From assembly GCA_041491005.1 (NCBI GenBank), contig JBGPUE010000010.1:178-64177 (forward strand): a DNA stretch of 64,000 nt, in the 5' to 3' direction. Made by a program: the position numbers and the translations under genes. Within the stretch, counting starts at the first letter, position 1. Every line of letters starts with the position of its first letter. Below the pieces are notes generated by a model, which had not been told where the DNA came from, ran no database searches, and saw only the letters and a program-made list of their open reading frames with translations. Positions 8,578 through 18,502 of the stretch are shown here, piece after piece. Source of the DNA: Candidatus Binataceae bacterium. Lineage in GTDB: Bacteria; Desulfobacterota; Binatia; Binatales; Binataceae.

Positions 8578-11500
8578 TCATCCGAGGGTGATGCGTACTC
8601 GATGGGTCACGCCGTCGTTAGCCAGGGGGATAACGGGTCGGTTTCTCGACAGAGCTTCGCCGTCGAGCTCGATGGAGGCAATTCCGCGACTCACTCCGCG
8701 CGGGTTCTCCACCGCGATCTCATAGCGCGCAGAATGGTATAGGAAGACGATTTCGAAGCGTGGCCAAGCCTTCGGCACACACGGATCGATGACCAGGGTT
8801 GCGCCCCGCAAACGAAATCCGAGTATCCGCTCAAGGCCCACCCGATACATCCACGCGGCCGAGCCAGTGTACCAAGTCCATCCACCGCGTCCGACATGGG
8901 GAGGCGTAGCGTAGATGTCGGCACAAGCGACGTACGGTTCCACCTTGTAGCGATGAATGCCGGCGCGCGTGCTGGCGTGATTGATGGGATTCAGCATCGA
9001 GAATAGCTCGCCGGCTTTGTCTCCCTCGCCCAGCATGGCGAATGCAAGCACCGACCAAATTGCGGCATGTGTGTACTGGCCACCGTTTTCCCGGATTCCA
9101 GGTGGGTATCCTTTAACGTATCCAGGGTCGAGCGGTGCCAGATCGAACGGAGGGGTGAAGAGTAGGACCAGTTTTTCGTTCCGGCGGACGAGATATTTCT
9201 CCACCGCCGCCATCGCGGTTGCAGCGCGAGCCGGATCGGCGGCACCGGAGATCACTCCCCACGATTGCGCGATCGAATCAATTCGACATTCGGTACTCGA
9301 AGCCGAACCGAGCGGTGAGTCGTCGTCGAAGTAGCCCCGCCGGTACCAGTCGCCATCCCAGCCGTCTCGCTCAAGGGATTGCTTGAGAGCGGCCGCGTGT
9401 CGGCTCCAGTTTGCAGCGCGCGCATTCTCTCCGCGGTCATCGGCCAGGTGAGCGAAGTCGGAAAGCGTGGAATAAAGGAACCAGCCAAGCCAGATGCTCT
9501 CGCCTTTTCCCTTCTCACCGACCCGGTTCATGCCGTCGTTCCAATCGCCGGTGCCGATCAGTGGCAGGCCGTGGTGACCCACCGCGAGACTCACGTCAAG
9601 GGCCCGGGCGCAGTGCTCGAAGAGCGTGACGCGTTGCTCGGAAACCATCGGTCGAAAGTACGATTCGTGCTCGTCGGCACGGAGGGTTGGGCCTTCGACA
9701 AAGGGGACCATCTCGTCGAGGACTGCGAGGTCGCCTGTGACCTCCACATAATGGGCTGCCGCATACGGCAACCATACCCGGTCGTCGGAGATCCGGGTGC
9801 GAACCCCCTGGCCAGATGGCGGGAGCCACCAATGCTGAACGTCGCCCTCGGCGAACTGCCGCGCGGCCGCACGCAACAGATGCTCCCGCGTCACTTCAGG
9901 CGTCGATGCAGCGAGCGCCATCACATCCTGAAGCTGGTCGCGAAAGCCGTAGGCGCCGCTCGCTTGGTAAAACGCCGACCGAGCCCACACGCGGCATGCC
10001 AGTGTCTGGTAGAGCAGCCAGCGGTTCATCAGAATGTCCATCGCTCGGTCGGGTGTCTTCACTTGAACTGCGCCGAGGATCTCGTCCCATTGCCGAGTGA
10101 CCGCCCTGAAGACCGAATCCAGGTCTGTGGTTCGGTAGCGCGTGATCAAGGAAAGCGCCTCCGCCTTCGTCGCCGCCTCGCCGAGAAAGAAGACAATTTC
10201 GGCCGCACTGTTCGGCGCAAGCTGAAGCTGAGTCTGCAGGACGCCGCAGGGATCGAGACCGGCGCCGACCCGATCGGAGAGCGGCGTTGCGCTGGCGAGC
10301 GCGGCCGGAGAATCGAGCGTGCCGTTGCGGCCAACGAACTCCGTGCGGTCGCCGGTCCAAGCGCTTTGGCGTCCGGCGAGGTCGGCGAACGCCACGCGAC
10401 TACCGAAATCGTTACTCCGAGGGTTCCGCGCAAGCATCGCTCCGGTCGTCGAATCGATTTCCGTGACGACGAACGGCGCAGAAGTGATGCGGGAAGCGCC
10501 GAGCACCCACTCCACGTATGCGGTGACCGAAAGACGCCGCGATCGCGCCGAGAGATTCCGAATCTTCAACCGGGAAATCTTGATCGGATCCTCGGGGGAT
10601 ACATATTGCAGAAGTTCGAGCGAGATCCCGTGCGAAGTGTGCTCGAAGCGGCTGTAACCTTGGCCATGCCGAACGACGTACGGCGAGGTCTCCTCGCGAA
10701 TCGGCAGAGCGGTGGGACTCCAGAACGCACCTGTCGCTTCGTCACGAACATAGATCACCTCGCCCGGAGGGTCGGAGACGGGGTCGTTGGACCAAGGAGT
10801 GATCTGGTTCTCGCGGCTGCTGATCGACCATGTGTAGCCAGAGCCGGCGGCCGACACTTGGAAGCCAAACGAGCGATTCGCGATCACATTCACCCATGGC
10901 GCCGGTGTCCATAGCGCCTCGCTGAAGATTGTCACGTATTCTCGCCCGCCGGCGGCGAAGCCGCCGATGCCATTGAAAAACTCCAGGCTCGTTTGGGGCG
11001 GCGTAGCCTTCGGCTGTTCGTTCGCCGGCGCAGACTCGCGTCTCGGGGGCGGCGCGATGGCGGGTTGAGATTCCTCCAGGCGATTGACCTGCTCGGTGAG
11101 GCTTCCGTGGTGGCTGAGAAGCACCGCCCGGGCGGTGCTCTGAAGCAGGCTTCGCACCTCGACCGAGATCAGATCGGAGCGCAACACAAACACTGCTCCC
11201 CGCGCCGCTTCTCCGTCGGCCTGCGGCCGCGATTGGTTCGCACGGACCAGCGCTTCCAACGTGGCCTGCAGATCCTGATCGTAGGACGAAGGCTTTTCAT
11301 TCAGAATCACGAGATCGACGTCGAGCTGCTTCATCCGCCAGTATTCGTGGGCGCGGACCAATTGCCGAACGATCTCTCGATCCTCTGCTTCATCGATCCG
11401 GACCAACACGATCGGCAGGTCCCCGGAGATTCCGTGGGCCCATAGCGTCGAAGATCCGCGCTCGCTCCGCTTGAGCACCTCGGACGAAGGCCGCATCGTC

Positions 11501-12645
11501 GGGTTGGCATAGATGACGTGATTGGCGATGCGCTGGAAGAGGTGCGCTTCGTCGGGACTGACGCCGAGATGGTGCAGCTCCACCTGAGCCTGCGTCCAGG
11601 CCAGAGTGACCGCGCGCTCGAAGGCTGTAAAGTCGTGGTGCTTGTCTGCCAAGTCAAGCGCTTCGACTCGGGAGGGTGCGATCAGGGTCCAGAATGCGAC
11701 GCGCGCCCGGCCACCCGGCGGAATTCTTAAACGGTGGCGAAGGCTGAAGATCGGATCGAGCACGGTGCCGACCGTGTTGGAAAGCGGCCGGCCGTCGATC
11801 ACGGATATCGGCGTTCGGATCCCTCGCGCACGCCCAAGGAACGCCGCCCGGTCGGTCTCGAATTGCAAGTCGCCCACCGTCTCGCCTTCTACTACGGCAA
11901 GGTGGGCTGCCCAGACCGGCGCCTCGCCGGGCGACCGCAGCCGCCGCGTTGCCATCACAGCGCCCACGTCGGCGACGAATTCCGTCTGCACGAACAGCTT
12001 GGAGAAGGCGGGGTGCGCGGCGTCTTCCGCTGGGGGCGCCAAGACGACCTCAGCATAGGAGGTCACCTCGATTTCCCGATACCGGTTTCCAAGGTTTGAG
12101 ATCGATACGCGGCGAACCTCGGCGTCGTCCTCGGGCGAAACCGCGATCTCGAGTGTTGTCGTGAGCGTCCCGTCGCGCCTCGTGATTTCGGCTCGATCCT
12201 CGGAGAACACCACCCCGTAACTATCCGGCTCGACGCCGGTCGGTTGATATCCCGCCGACCATACTTCGCCGGTACGCACATCGCGCAGAAAAACGTACGT
12301 TCCCCAGGAGTCGCAGGTAACGTCTTCTCGCCAACGCGTGACCGCGAGGTCCCGCCAACGGCTGTATCCGGAACCCGCTGCAGTGATCATCACTGCGTAT
12401 CTGCCGTTCGAGAGAAGGTGCGTGCGCGGAATCACGTCGTGTGGCGATCGGAATCGTCGCAGCATCGGCGCAACGATCTCGCGGATGTTGGGGGCCACCT
12501 TCACTTCCTCGGCACGCGGACGCGCAACCAAAACGTCGCGCGGAGTTCGTTCTTGCAGCAAGAGTTCCGTCGCCTGCATGACTGGCGCGGCGTGAAAACG
12601 GGCGCGCATCGTTCCGTTCCGGAGAGCGTCGTCAATCGCGACCAG
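8578..12645 (-). other. Domain: C-terminal GH94-type glucan phosphorylase region of Cgs (approximate, aa about 1600-2954)
   Basis: Two related beta-sandwich modules ('...YVFLRDVRTGEVWSAGYQP...' and '...IYVRDEATGAFWSPTALP...'). Catalytic-barrel motif 'GTGDWNDGMN'. Confidence 0.55.
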
Positions 12646-15600
12646 AGTCATCCCCTGGTGATGCGCCATAAAAGCTCGAACGACCGCCACGTCTTCGCCC
12701 TCAGGGAGGCGCGTCGGCGTGTAGTCAAGAGCCTCATAGTAGCCATAGCGGCCGAGGCCACCGGCCGCAGCGAGACGTGTGAAGTTTCGCGCCGCAGCTT
12801 TGGCATCTACCATCGCGGCGAGGGCCGTTGCGTAAGGGGCGACGACGACGTTCTCGCTGAGTCCGCGCTTGAGCCCCAGTCCAGGGACGCCAAAATTTGA
12901 GTACTGATAGGTGAGCTCCAGATCTCGCGCGCTGTAAGCCGATTCCGAGACACCCCACGGCACGCCGAGCTCGGCGCCATACTTCATTTGCCGGCGGACG
13001 ACGAGGCGATTCGACTGCGCGAGCAGGCTCCCCTCCGGTGCGCGCATCACCAACGACGGCATCAGGTACTCGAACATCGAACCCGACCACGAGATCAGGG
13101 CCGAACCGCGATCTACCGGCGTCAGGTCGCGCCCGAGCCGGAACCAATGGCGCGCCGGCACGTCTCCCTTGGCGATCGCCACGAAGCTGGCCAAGCGTGC
13201 CTCAGAGGCGAGCAAGTCATAGCAGTTTGGATCGAGGCTGCCTTCCGCGACCCGGTACCCAATCGCAAGAAGTTGCCGCGCTGGGTCGAAGAGGAAGCCG
13301 AACTCCATGGCCTCGAACATTTTCCCCGCCATTTCGCCGAGCGCCGCGAGGCGACGTTCGAGCACGCGTGCGGCGTTCGCGGAACGTTCGAAGGCGTCAA
13401 TCAGAGCGTCGGCTCGCACCACCGCGGCAGATACTCCACGGGCGTGCGGGTCAAGTTCCGATCGGTAACGCGTCAGGCCTCTGATCGCCTCTTCGCAGTG
13501 ACCCGGCAGATCGGCAATGGTCGGAACGGATTCGAACAGATAGCCGAGCACCTCCTCCAGCGGAGCGTCTCCATCTACCGCTCTCTCAGCGGCGACGAAC
13601 GCGACGTCGCCCGCGAGCTTCGCCCATGGCATCAACTGTTCGACGTCGCGCTGATGACTCAGGATCGACGCCCGCACCGCTTCTACCCAGTTCAGCACTT
13701 GGGCGCTAGCGTCGTCTCCCCGTTCCTGGTTGAGCGTCCACGCAATGTCGACGGCCGTGTGGGCGTCAAGCGCGAGCCCCGCAAGGCGCCTTCCAACATC
13801 CGCCGGAGTCGTGGCAGGACTTCGCAGCGAAGCGGTGAGAGCGTCGAGTGCGTCCTCGATATGCTTTCGAGTTACCGTTTGAGTCCGCCGATCGTCAGCG
13901 AGCAAACGCAGACACTCGCGGGCGATTTCCAGCGCGTCATCGATCCCGGCGAGCCATCCCGGCCTCGGCACTGGACCGCCGATCATCTCCCGCAAAGCGT
14001 TCTCAAGGGCGATCAGGTGTCCCGCCAGATTCCCGCTATCCACAGACGAGACATATTTGGGGTCTAGCGGACGAAGCTTCCGCGTGTCGTACCAGTTGTA
14101 GAAGTGGCCGTGGAAGCGTTCGAGTCCGCTCATCGTCGTGAGAGTCGCGTCCAACCGCTCCAATGTTTCGAGCACACCCAGCCAGCCGAAATCGTGCGCG
14201 GCGGTCACGGACAGAAGATACAATCCGAGGTTGGTGGGCGACGTCCGATGAGCCAGCATTGGGATTGGTTCTTCCTGGAAGTTGTCAGGCGGAAGCATGT
14301 GATCCTCCGCGGTGACGAAGGTCTCGAAGAAGCTCCAGGTGCGGCGGGCGATGAGCTTGAGTGTCTGCGCATCTGTCTCGGAGGGCGGATTTGGGCCCAC
14401 CATGGGCGGTGGAAGGCTCGCCCATCGCGCGACCGCCGGCGATAGCATCCACAGGATCACGAATGGAGCCGCGATCGGCCATGACCCACCCCCCAAGCAT
14501 GCGACGATGACGACGGCCACAACCGCAAGGGCGACACCGCCAGCCATTCGCCAATACGATCCGCGAAGATCAAGCCGGGTGCGGAACTTCGCCTGAGCGG
14601 CAGTAACCCACTCGAGCAGCCTCCGACGCCTCACGAACAGGCGGAAGAGCGTTCGCGAGATGGCGTCGGTCATCAACCACGCCTGATGCGCGAGGAATGT
14701 GACCACGAGCGCGATCTGTAAGAGAGCGACCAGGAGATCCGCGCCCACCGCGCGCAGATGGGTCCGCTTGGAGATACCGAGCCGTCGGGGCGCGATCCCG
14801 GCGAGCAGAGGCAACAGGGCAGGCACCGCGATCGTGACGAGCACGAAGGCGCTCCAGATTTTCGCGGAAAACAAGGGAAGAGACCATCCTGCCAGCAATG
14901 CCAGCAAGGCGGCCGGCGCCGACAGCGTTCGGCGCAGGTTGTCGATCATTTTCCAGCGGCCGATCAACGGAATCGCCGTGCGGCCCGGTTCGCCTTTTGG
15001 GTCGCGTCCCCGGCCGAAGATCCAGGGAAGTAATTGCCAATCGCCGCGCGCCCACCGATGCTGCCGCGCCGCGGCGACGTCATAGCGTGATGGAAACTCC
15101 TCGACCACCTCGATGTCAGAGACCAGTCCGGCCCGCGCGAAAATTCCTTCAAGCAGATCGTGACTCAGGAGCGTGCTGTCGGGAACCCGCCCTTCGAGAG
15201 CGGCTTCAAAGGCGTCCACGTCGTAGATTCCCTTACCGCTGTACGAACCCTCGCCGAAGAGGTCCTGGTATACGTCGGAGACGGCAGCCGCATACGGGTC
15301 GACGCCGCTGGCGCTCGAAAAGACACGCTGGAAAAGCGACCCGTCCCGACCGCTCGGCAACGACGGAGTAACTCGCGGCTGAAGCACCCCGTACCCCTCG
15401 ATCACGCGGCAGGAATGCGGGTCGAGGGTCGGACGGTTGAGCGGATGCGCCATCTTACCGATTAGCCGCTTGACGGCTCCCCGCGGTAGTCGCGTATCCG
15501 CGTCGAGCGTGATCACGTAGCGGACGCCGGGAGGCACGACCGGGAGGCGGGAGCCCATTGGCAGGAAGGTTGTGTCAGTCGCTCCGCGAAGCCATCGATT

Positions 15601-17442
15601 CAGCTCGTGTAGCTTGCCGCGCTTGCGTTCCCACCCGATCCACTTTCCCTCCCCGTCGTTCCAGATCCGCCGACGATGGAGCAGGAGGAATCGTTCCCCG
15701 TCCGGCGCCGGACCGTACAGCCGGTTCAGCCGCTCGATTCCCGCGACGGCTGCGCCGAGGAGCTTGTCGTCGCCCGGAGCATTCTCGGTGGCGCAGTCTG
15801 TCCAGTCCGAGAGGAGAGCGAAACGAAGATCGCCATCGGGAGTCGCGAGATGATGGACCTCGAGACGCTCGATCTGCTCCTCAAGTTCCGTTGGTGTCGT
15901 CAAGAGGGTGGGCACGACAACCATCGTGCGCAGACTCGACGGGACCCCGTCTCGAAGCTCCAGCCCAGGCAGTATCTTCGGGCCGAAGCAATTCATGACG
16001 CCGAGGTTCACCAGGGCCACACTCGCATCCAACGCCGGAAGGAATGCCAGGAGCGCGAGCATGACGAGAGTCCATCCGCCGACACCGGACTTTGCCACGC
16101 CGAGCAACAGTAGCGCGGAAATAAGCGTGACGACGATCGCGATGGTTCCGAGATAGCCCAGAATTCCCGCGGCCGCGTTGGCGCGAACGAGCCGTTGTCG
16201 CACCGGAACCTGAAATCCGATCTCGTTCTCGAGGGCCCGACGCCCTTTCGAGATGAGGTAATAGCCCGGCTCTTGCTCGCGGCGTGGGGTCGCCTCATCG
16301 CCGTTCACAGGATCTGCTGCCGCCCGCTTGGCGGCCACAATCGCCGATCGCGCGATATCGAGTTCCGTATGCGCCGACCCTCGCGCGAGCTCTTCGATCG
16401 CGTGCCTGTAGCGATCTCGAGTCGGGAAGTCCATTTCGGCAAAGTTGCCGCCGGCGCGGAGCACCGCATCAACGAGACTGACACTCTCGAAGAGTTCCGC
16501 CCAATCCACCGCGGACATCAGGCGCATGCTCATGATCGCATTGCGCACTGTCACGTTCATCGCGCCCTGCCTCTGATGCTCCTGACGGACGATCTCGTCG
16601 GCGGTCGTTCCCTGGGCTGCAAGGCGTTGGTCCAGCCAAAGGAGCGCTGGCGTCACGGTTGGGTCCTGATCGCGTAACCGCTGGACCAACTGAACCGCAA
16701 AGGCCGTCGGCAACGAGGTCTGATCGAAGCGTCGCAGAACAGTCTCCAGCGTCTCGCCCTTGCCATTGCCGACTCCCAATAGCCTGTCGGCTAGAGCGTC
16801 GGCCTCCTGGCGAGCCGCTCGACCCCTCACGATCCGCTCGGCCAAGCGCCGCAAATTCTCCACGAGCACGATTCGAAGCGTAATGGCAACGGCCCAGAGT
16901 TCGCCGATCGTCAGAGGCTGCACGCGCTGATAGGCCTGTAGGAACCGGGACAGCATCTGCGGATCGAAGCGGCTGTCGGTATGCGCAACGAAGGCCCAGG
17001 CAATTCCGAATACGCGGGGATAGCCTTCAAGTGGTCCTTCTGCAATTTTGGGCAACTGGCGATAGAAACCACGCGGAAGATCGTCCCGGACCTCGCGAAT
17101 TTGTTTTTCTACGACGTGGAAGTTGTCGACCAGCCATTCCGCCGCAGGCGTAATTGCGCGTTCCTCACGGATCGCTGCCGCGATCGCGCGATACGCTTTG
17201 AGCAGCACGCGACCATTTTCGCGCAGGCGTTTCAGCAGCCGTGAAGTAGTACCCGGCCTCGTCGTGACAGGCTGAGCAGCCGCAAGGCTCTCCGCATGCT
17301 GTTCGAGGCGCTCGATGCTGAACAATTCGGCGCGAATCGGCTCTTCAGCGTCTCCGGCGGTGGCCGCCAGCGGACCGTTAAGAGCTCGAAAAAATGAATA
17401 CTTCAAGTTTGCCTCTCGGCTTGGTGAACGCACCGAGAGCAA
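8578..17442 (-). CDS. cgs: Cyclic beta-1,2-glucan synthase (Cgs/NdvB/ChvB family; GT84 glycosyltransferase, cyclization domain and GH94 glucan phosphorylase in one 2954-aa polypeptide)
   Basis: Single 8865-nt ORF. TM-rich N-terminus. GT-A core 'VVVPTLLT...VITLDADTRLP...QHRWARGDWQ' (DxD and QxxRW). Central (alpha/alpha)6-like region 'FHGHFYNWYDTRKL...SVDSGNLAGHL'. C-terminal GH94 signatures with duplicated beta-sandwich modules and 'GLPLIGTGDWNDGMNRVG'. Size and domain order match known cyclic glucan synthases of about 2830-2870 aa. Confidence 0.85.
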   Translation of the reverse strand: MLSVRSPSREANLKYSFFRALNGPLAATAGDAEEPIRAELFSIERLEQHAESLAAAQPVTTRPGTTSRLLKRLRENGRVLLKAYRAIAAAIREERAITPAAEWLVDNFHVVEKQIREVRDDLPRGFYRQLPKIAEGPLEGYPRVFGIAWAFVAHTDSRFDPQMLSRFLQAYQRVQPLTIGELWAVAITLRIVLVENLRRLAERIVRGRAARQEADALADRLLGVGNGKGETLETVLRRFDQTSLPTAFAVQLVQRLRDQDPTVTPALLWLDQRLAAQGTTADEIVRQEHQRQGAMNVTVRNAIMSMRLMSAVDWAELFESVSLVDAVLRAGGNFAEMDFPTRDRYRHAIEELARGSAHTELDIARSAIVAAKRAAADPVNGDEATPRREQEPGYYLISKGRRALENEIGFQVPVRQRLVRANAAAGILGYLGTIAIVVTLISALLLLGVAKSGVGGWTLVMLALLAFLPALDASVALVNLGVMNCFGPKILPGLELRDGVPSSLRTMVVVPTLLTTPTELEEQIERLEVHHLATPDGDLRFALLSDWTDCATENAPGDDKLLGAAVAGIERLNRLYGPAPDGERFLLLHRRRIWNDGEGKWIGWERKRGKLHELNRWLRGATDTTFLPMGSRLPVVPPGVRYVITLDADTRLPRGAVKRLIGKMAHPLNRPTLDPHSCRVIEGYGVLQPRVTPSLPSGRDGSLFQRVFSSASGVDPYAAAVSDVYQDLFGEGSYSGKGIYDVDAFEAALEGRVPDSTLLSHDLLEGIFARAGLVSDIEVVEEFPSRYDVAAARQHRWARGDWQLLPWIFGRGRDPKGEPGRTAIPLIGRWKMIDNLRRTLSAPAALLALLAGWSLPLFSAKIWSAFVLVTIAVPALLPLLAGIAPRRLGISKRTHLRAVGADLLVALLQIALVVTFLAHQAWLMTDAISRTLFRLFVRRRRLLEWVTAAQAKFRTRLDLRGSYWRMAGGVALAVVAVVIVACLGGGSWPIAAPFVILWMLSPAVARWASLPPPMVGPNPPSETDAQTLKLIARRTWSFFETFVTAEDHMLPPDNFQEEPIPMLAHRTSPTNLGLYLLSVTAAHDFGWLGVLETLERLDATLTTMSGLERFHGHFYNWYDTRKLRPLDPKYVSSVDSGNLAGHLIALENALREMIGGPVPRPGWLAGIDDALEIARECLRLLADDRRTQTVTRKHIEDALDALTASLRSPATTPADVGRRLAGLALDAHTAVDIAWTLNQERGDDASAQVLNWVEAVRASILSHQRDVEQLMPWAKLAGDVAFVAAERAVDGDAPLEEVLGYLFESVPTIADLPGHCEEAIRGLTRYRSELDPHARGVSAAVVRADALIDAFERSANAARVLERRLAALGEMAGKMFEAMEFGFLFDPARQLLAIGYRVAEGSLDPNCYDLLASEARLASFVAIAKGDVPARHWFRLGRDLTPVDRGSALISWSGSMFEYLMPSLVMRAPEGSLLAQSNRLVVRRQMKYGAELGVPWGVSESAYSARDLELTYQYSNFGVPGLGLKRGLSENVVVAPYATALAAMVDAKAAARNFTRLAAAGGLGRYGYYEALDYTPTRLPEGEDVAVVRAFMAHHQGMTLVAIDDALRNGTMRARFHAAPVMQATELLLQERTPRDVLVARPRAEEVKVAPNIREIVAPMLRRFRSPHDVIPRTHLLSNGRYAVMITAAGSGYSRWRDLAVTRWREDVTCDSWGTYVFLRDVRTGEVWSAGYQPTGVEPDSYGVVFSEDRAEITRRDGTLTTTLEIAVSPEDDAEVRRVSISNLGNRYREIEVTSYAEVVLAPPAEDAAHPAFSKLFVQTEFVADVGAVMATRRLRSPGEAPVWAAHLAVVEGETVGDLQFETDRAAFLGRARGIRTPISVIDGRPLSNTVGTVLDPIFSLRHRLRIPPGGRARVAFWTLIAPSRVEALDLADKHHDFTAFERAVTLAWTQAQVELHHLGVSPDEAHLFQRIANHVIYANPTMRPSSEVLKRSERGSSTLWAHGISGDLPIVLVRIDEAEDREIVRQLVRAHEYWRMKQLDVDLVILNEKPSSYDQDLQATLEALVRANQSRPQADGEAARGAVFVLRSDLISVEVRSLLQSTARAVLLSHHGSLTEQVNRLEESQPAIAPPPRRESAPANEQPKATPPQTSLEFFNGIGGFAAGGREYVTIFSEALWTPAPWVNVIANRSFGFQVSAAGSGYTWSISSRENQITPWSNDPVSDPPGEVIYVRDEATGAFWSPTALPIREETSPYVVRHGQGYSRFEHTSHGISLELLQYVSPEDPIKISRLKIRNLSARSRRLSVTAYVEWVLGASRITSAPFVVTEIDSTTGAMLARNPRSNDFGSRVAFADLAGRQSAWTGDRTEFVGRNGTLDSPAALASATPLSDRVGAGLDPCGVLQTQLQLAPNSAAEIVFFLGEAATKAEALSLITRYRTTDLDSVFRAVTRQWDEILGAVQVKTPDRAMDILMNRWLLYQTLACRVWARSAFYQASGAYGFRDQLQDVMALAASTPEVTREHLLRAAARQFAEGDVQHWWLPPSGQGVRTRISDDRVWLPYAAAHYVEVTGDLAVLDEMVPFVEGPTLRADEHESYFRPMVSEQRVTLFEHCARALDVSLAVGHHGLPLIGTGDWNDGMNRVGEKGKGESIWLGWFLYSTLSDFAHLADDRGENARAANWSRHAAALKQSLERDGWDGDWYRRGYFDDDSPLGSASSTECRIDSIAQSWGVISGAADPARAATAMAAVEKYLVRRNEKLVLLFTPPFDLAPLDPGYVKGYPPGIRENGGQYTHAAIWSVLAFAMLGEGDKAGELFSMLNPINHASTRAGIHRYKVEPYVACADIYATPPHVGRGGWTWYTGSAAWMYRVGLERILGFRLRGATLVIDPCVPKAWPRFEIVFLYHSARYEIAVENPRGVSRGIASIELDGEALSRNRPVIPLANDGVTHRVRITLG
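12762..14385 (-). other. Domain: central cyclization (Cy)-like (alpha/alpha)6 region of Cgs (approximate, aa about 1020-1560)
   Basis: Sequence 'ERFHGHFYNWYDTRKLRPLDPKYVSSVDSGNLAGHL'. Position corresponds to the Cy domain of characterized Cgs. Confidence 0.45.
15012..15930 (-). other. Domain: GT84-like GT-A glycosyltransferase core of Cgs (approximate, aa about 505-810)
   Basis: Motifs 'ITLDADT' and 'QHRWARGDW'. Confidence 0.55.
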
Positions 17443-17518
17443 GCCGCGCAGGGTCGCGAGAGGTCAGACAATCTGGCCGGGCTGCGGTCCTGGAATCATT
17501 CCCGCGAGGTCGGCATCC

Positions 17519-17806
17519 TTACCGATTGCCAGTTCGGTTCTTGGCTCCGAAGCTCGATTCGCGGGGTTTGGCTTCGTTCACCTTGATGTTCCTGCCCTTG
17601 AGCTCGGTATCGTTGAATTGCTGTATCGCCTTGGCAGCGTCGTCCGCACTTGCCATTTCGACAAAGCCGAAGCCCTTGGATTGGCCGGAGACCTTATCCG
17701 TTATTACAGCCACACTTTGAACCTGACCTACCTGAGCGAAAAGTTCTTCGAGGTCGCCCTGAGTAACCGAATAGGCCAGATTGCCTACGTACAATTTGCT
17801 GGGCAT
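17519..17806 (-). CDS. RRM-domain RNA-binding protein (single RNA recognition motif, bacterial Rbp type)
   Basis: 95 aa. RNP2 'KLYVGNLAY', RNP1 'KGFGFVEM', Gly/Arg-rich tail. SD 'GGAGGG' lies 7 nt upstream of the ATG. Confidence 0.85.
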   Translation of the reverse strand: MPSKLYVGNLAYSVTQGDLEELFAQVGQVQSVAVITDKVSGQSKGFGFVEMASADDAAKAIQQFNDTELKGRNIKVNEAKPRESSFGAKNRTGNR

Positions 17807-17843
17807 TTATTGCCCTCCATAAGCTGTGCCGGGGAGTTCTCGA

Positions 17844-17870
17844 ACAGAAAACCCGGGCTTATTCCCGGGT
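17844..17870 (-). promoter_or_regulatory. Perfect 7-bp stem / 6-nt loop hairpin followed by a U-rich tract in the 5' leader of the RRM gene (terminator/attenuator-like)
   Basis: Minus strand reads 5'-ACCCGGG AATAAG CCCGGGT TTTCTGTT-3'. It lies about 38 nt upstream of the start codon. Confidence 0.4.
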
Positions 17871-18502
17871 CTAGATGAAAGGAACAATCCAAGCGTTACA
17901 ACGCGCAGCGTATGCTTTTCGGGCCGCTAATGATACGGACACAAGCTTCGTGGCCAGTCGTGTCCCCTTTGATGCGAAATGTTCAACCGTGTTGGAGTCT
18001 CCTTGCATCTACTGAGAATTCCGAAAGCCAAGGGTCTTGCAATTCGCCGCTCCTGCGCTTGGCAAGATAGAGGTTCGTCGACGACACAATGTGCCTGACG
18101 GTGACCCGCCCCTTGGCCGGCGGTGCACACAAGACGATGAAGGTCGCGGTTACGGTCGGCGATTTCACCGCAGCTTCATCGCGGCCGCTGCTGGTCGACC
18201 CGATGGGCGCCGAGCAGTATGCGTTCTAGCCGGCGGGGGTCGCCCCGCCCCACACCGGTTGCTAGGCGACGACCCAACTGTTGCAAGTTGCGGCGCCGTA
18301 GGAAACGGATCTCCGCTTTGAGCAGGCCGGCGAGTAAAACTCAAGGGGCTCTCAGGAACCCATCTCCTCTACCGGGCGCTCTGGTAGTCGAGAGACAAAC
18401 GCTGGCCGCTCGGCTGCGGGCTGTCAGCGCCCCAGCTTCTCTGTGCGGGACGCAGGTAACCGTGTAGTTTGACTCGAAGTCTGTCCGTGAAGGAGACAAG
18501 TC

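Noticed and set aside
9379-14067. Long plus-strand ORFs (for example 9379-10914 at 511 aa, and 12988-14067 at 359 aa) inside the cgs region
   Set aside because: They are antisense to the continuous 2954-aa Cgs ORF. They have Arg/Pro/Gly-rich low-complexity translations typical of spurious ORFs in high-GC DNA. Cgs shows domain-consistent motifs along its full length.
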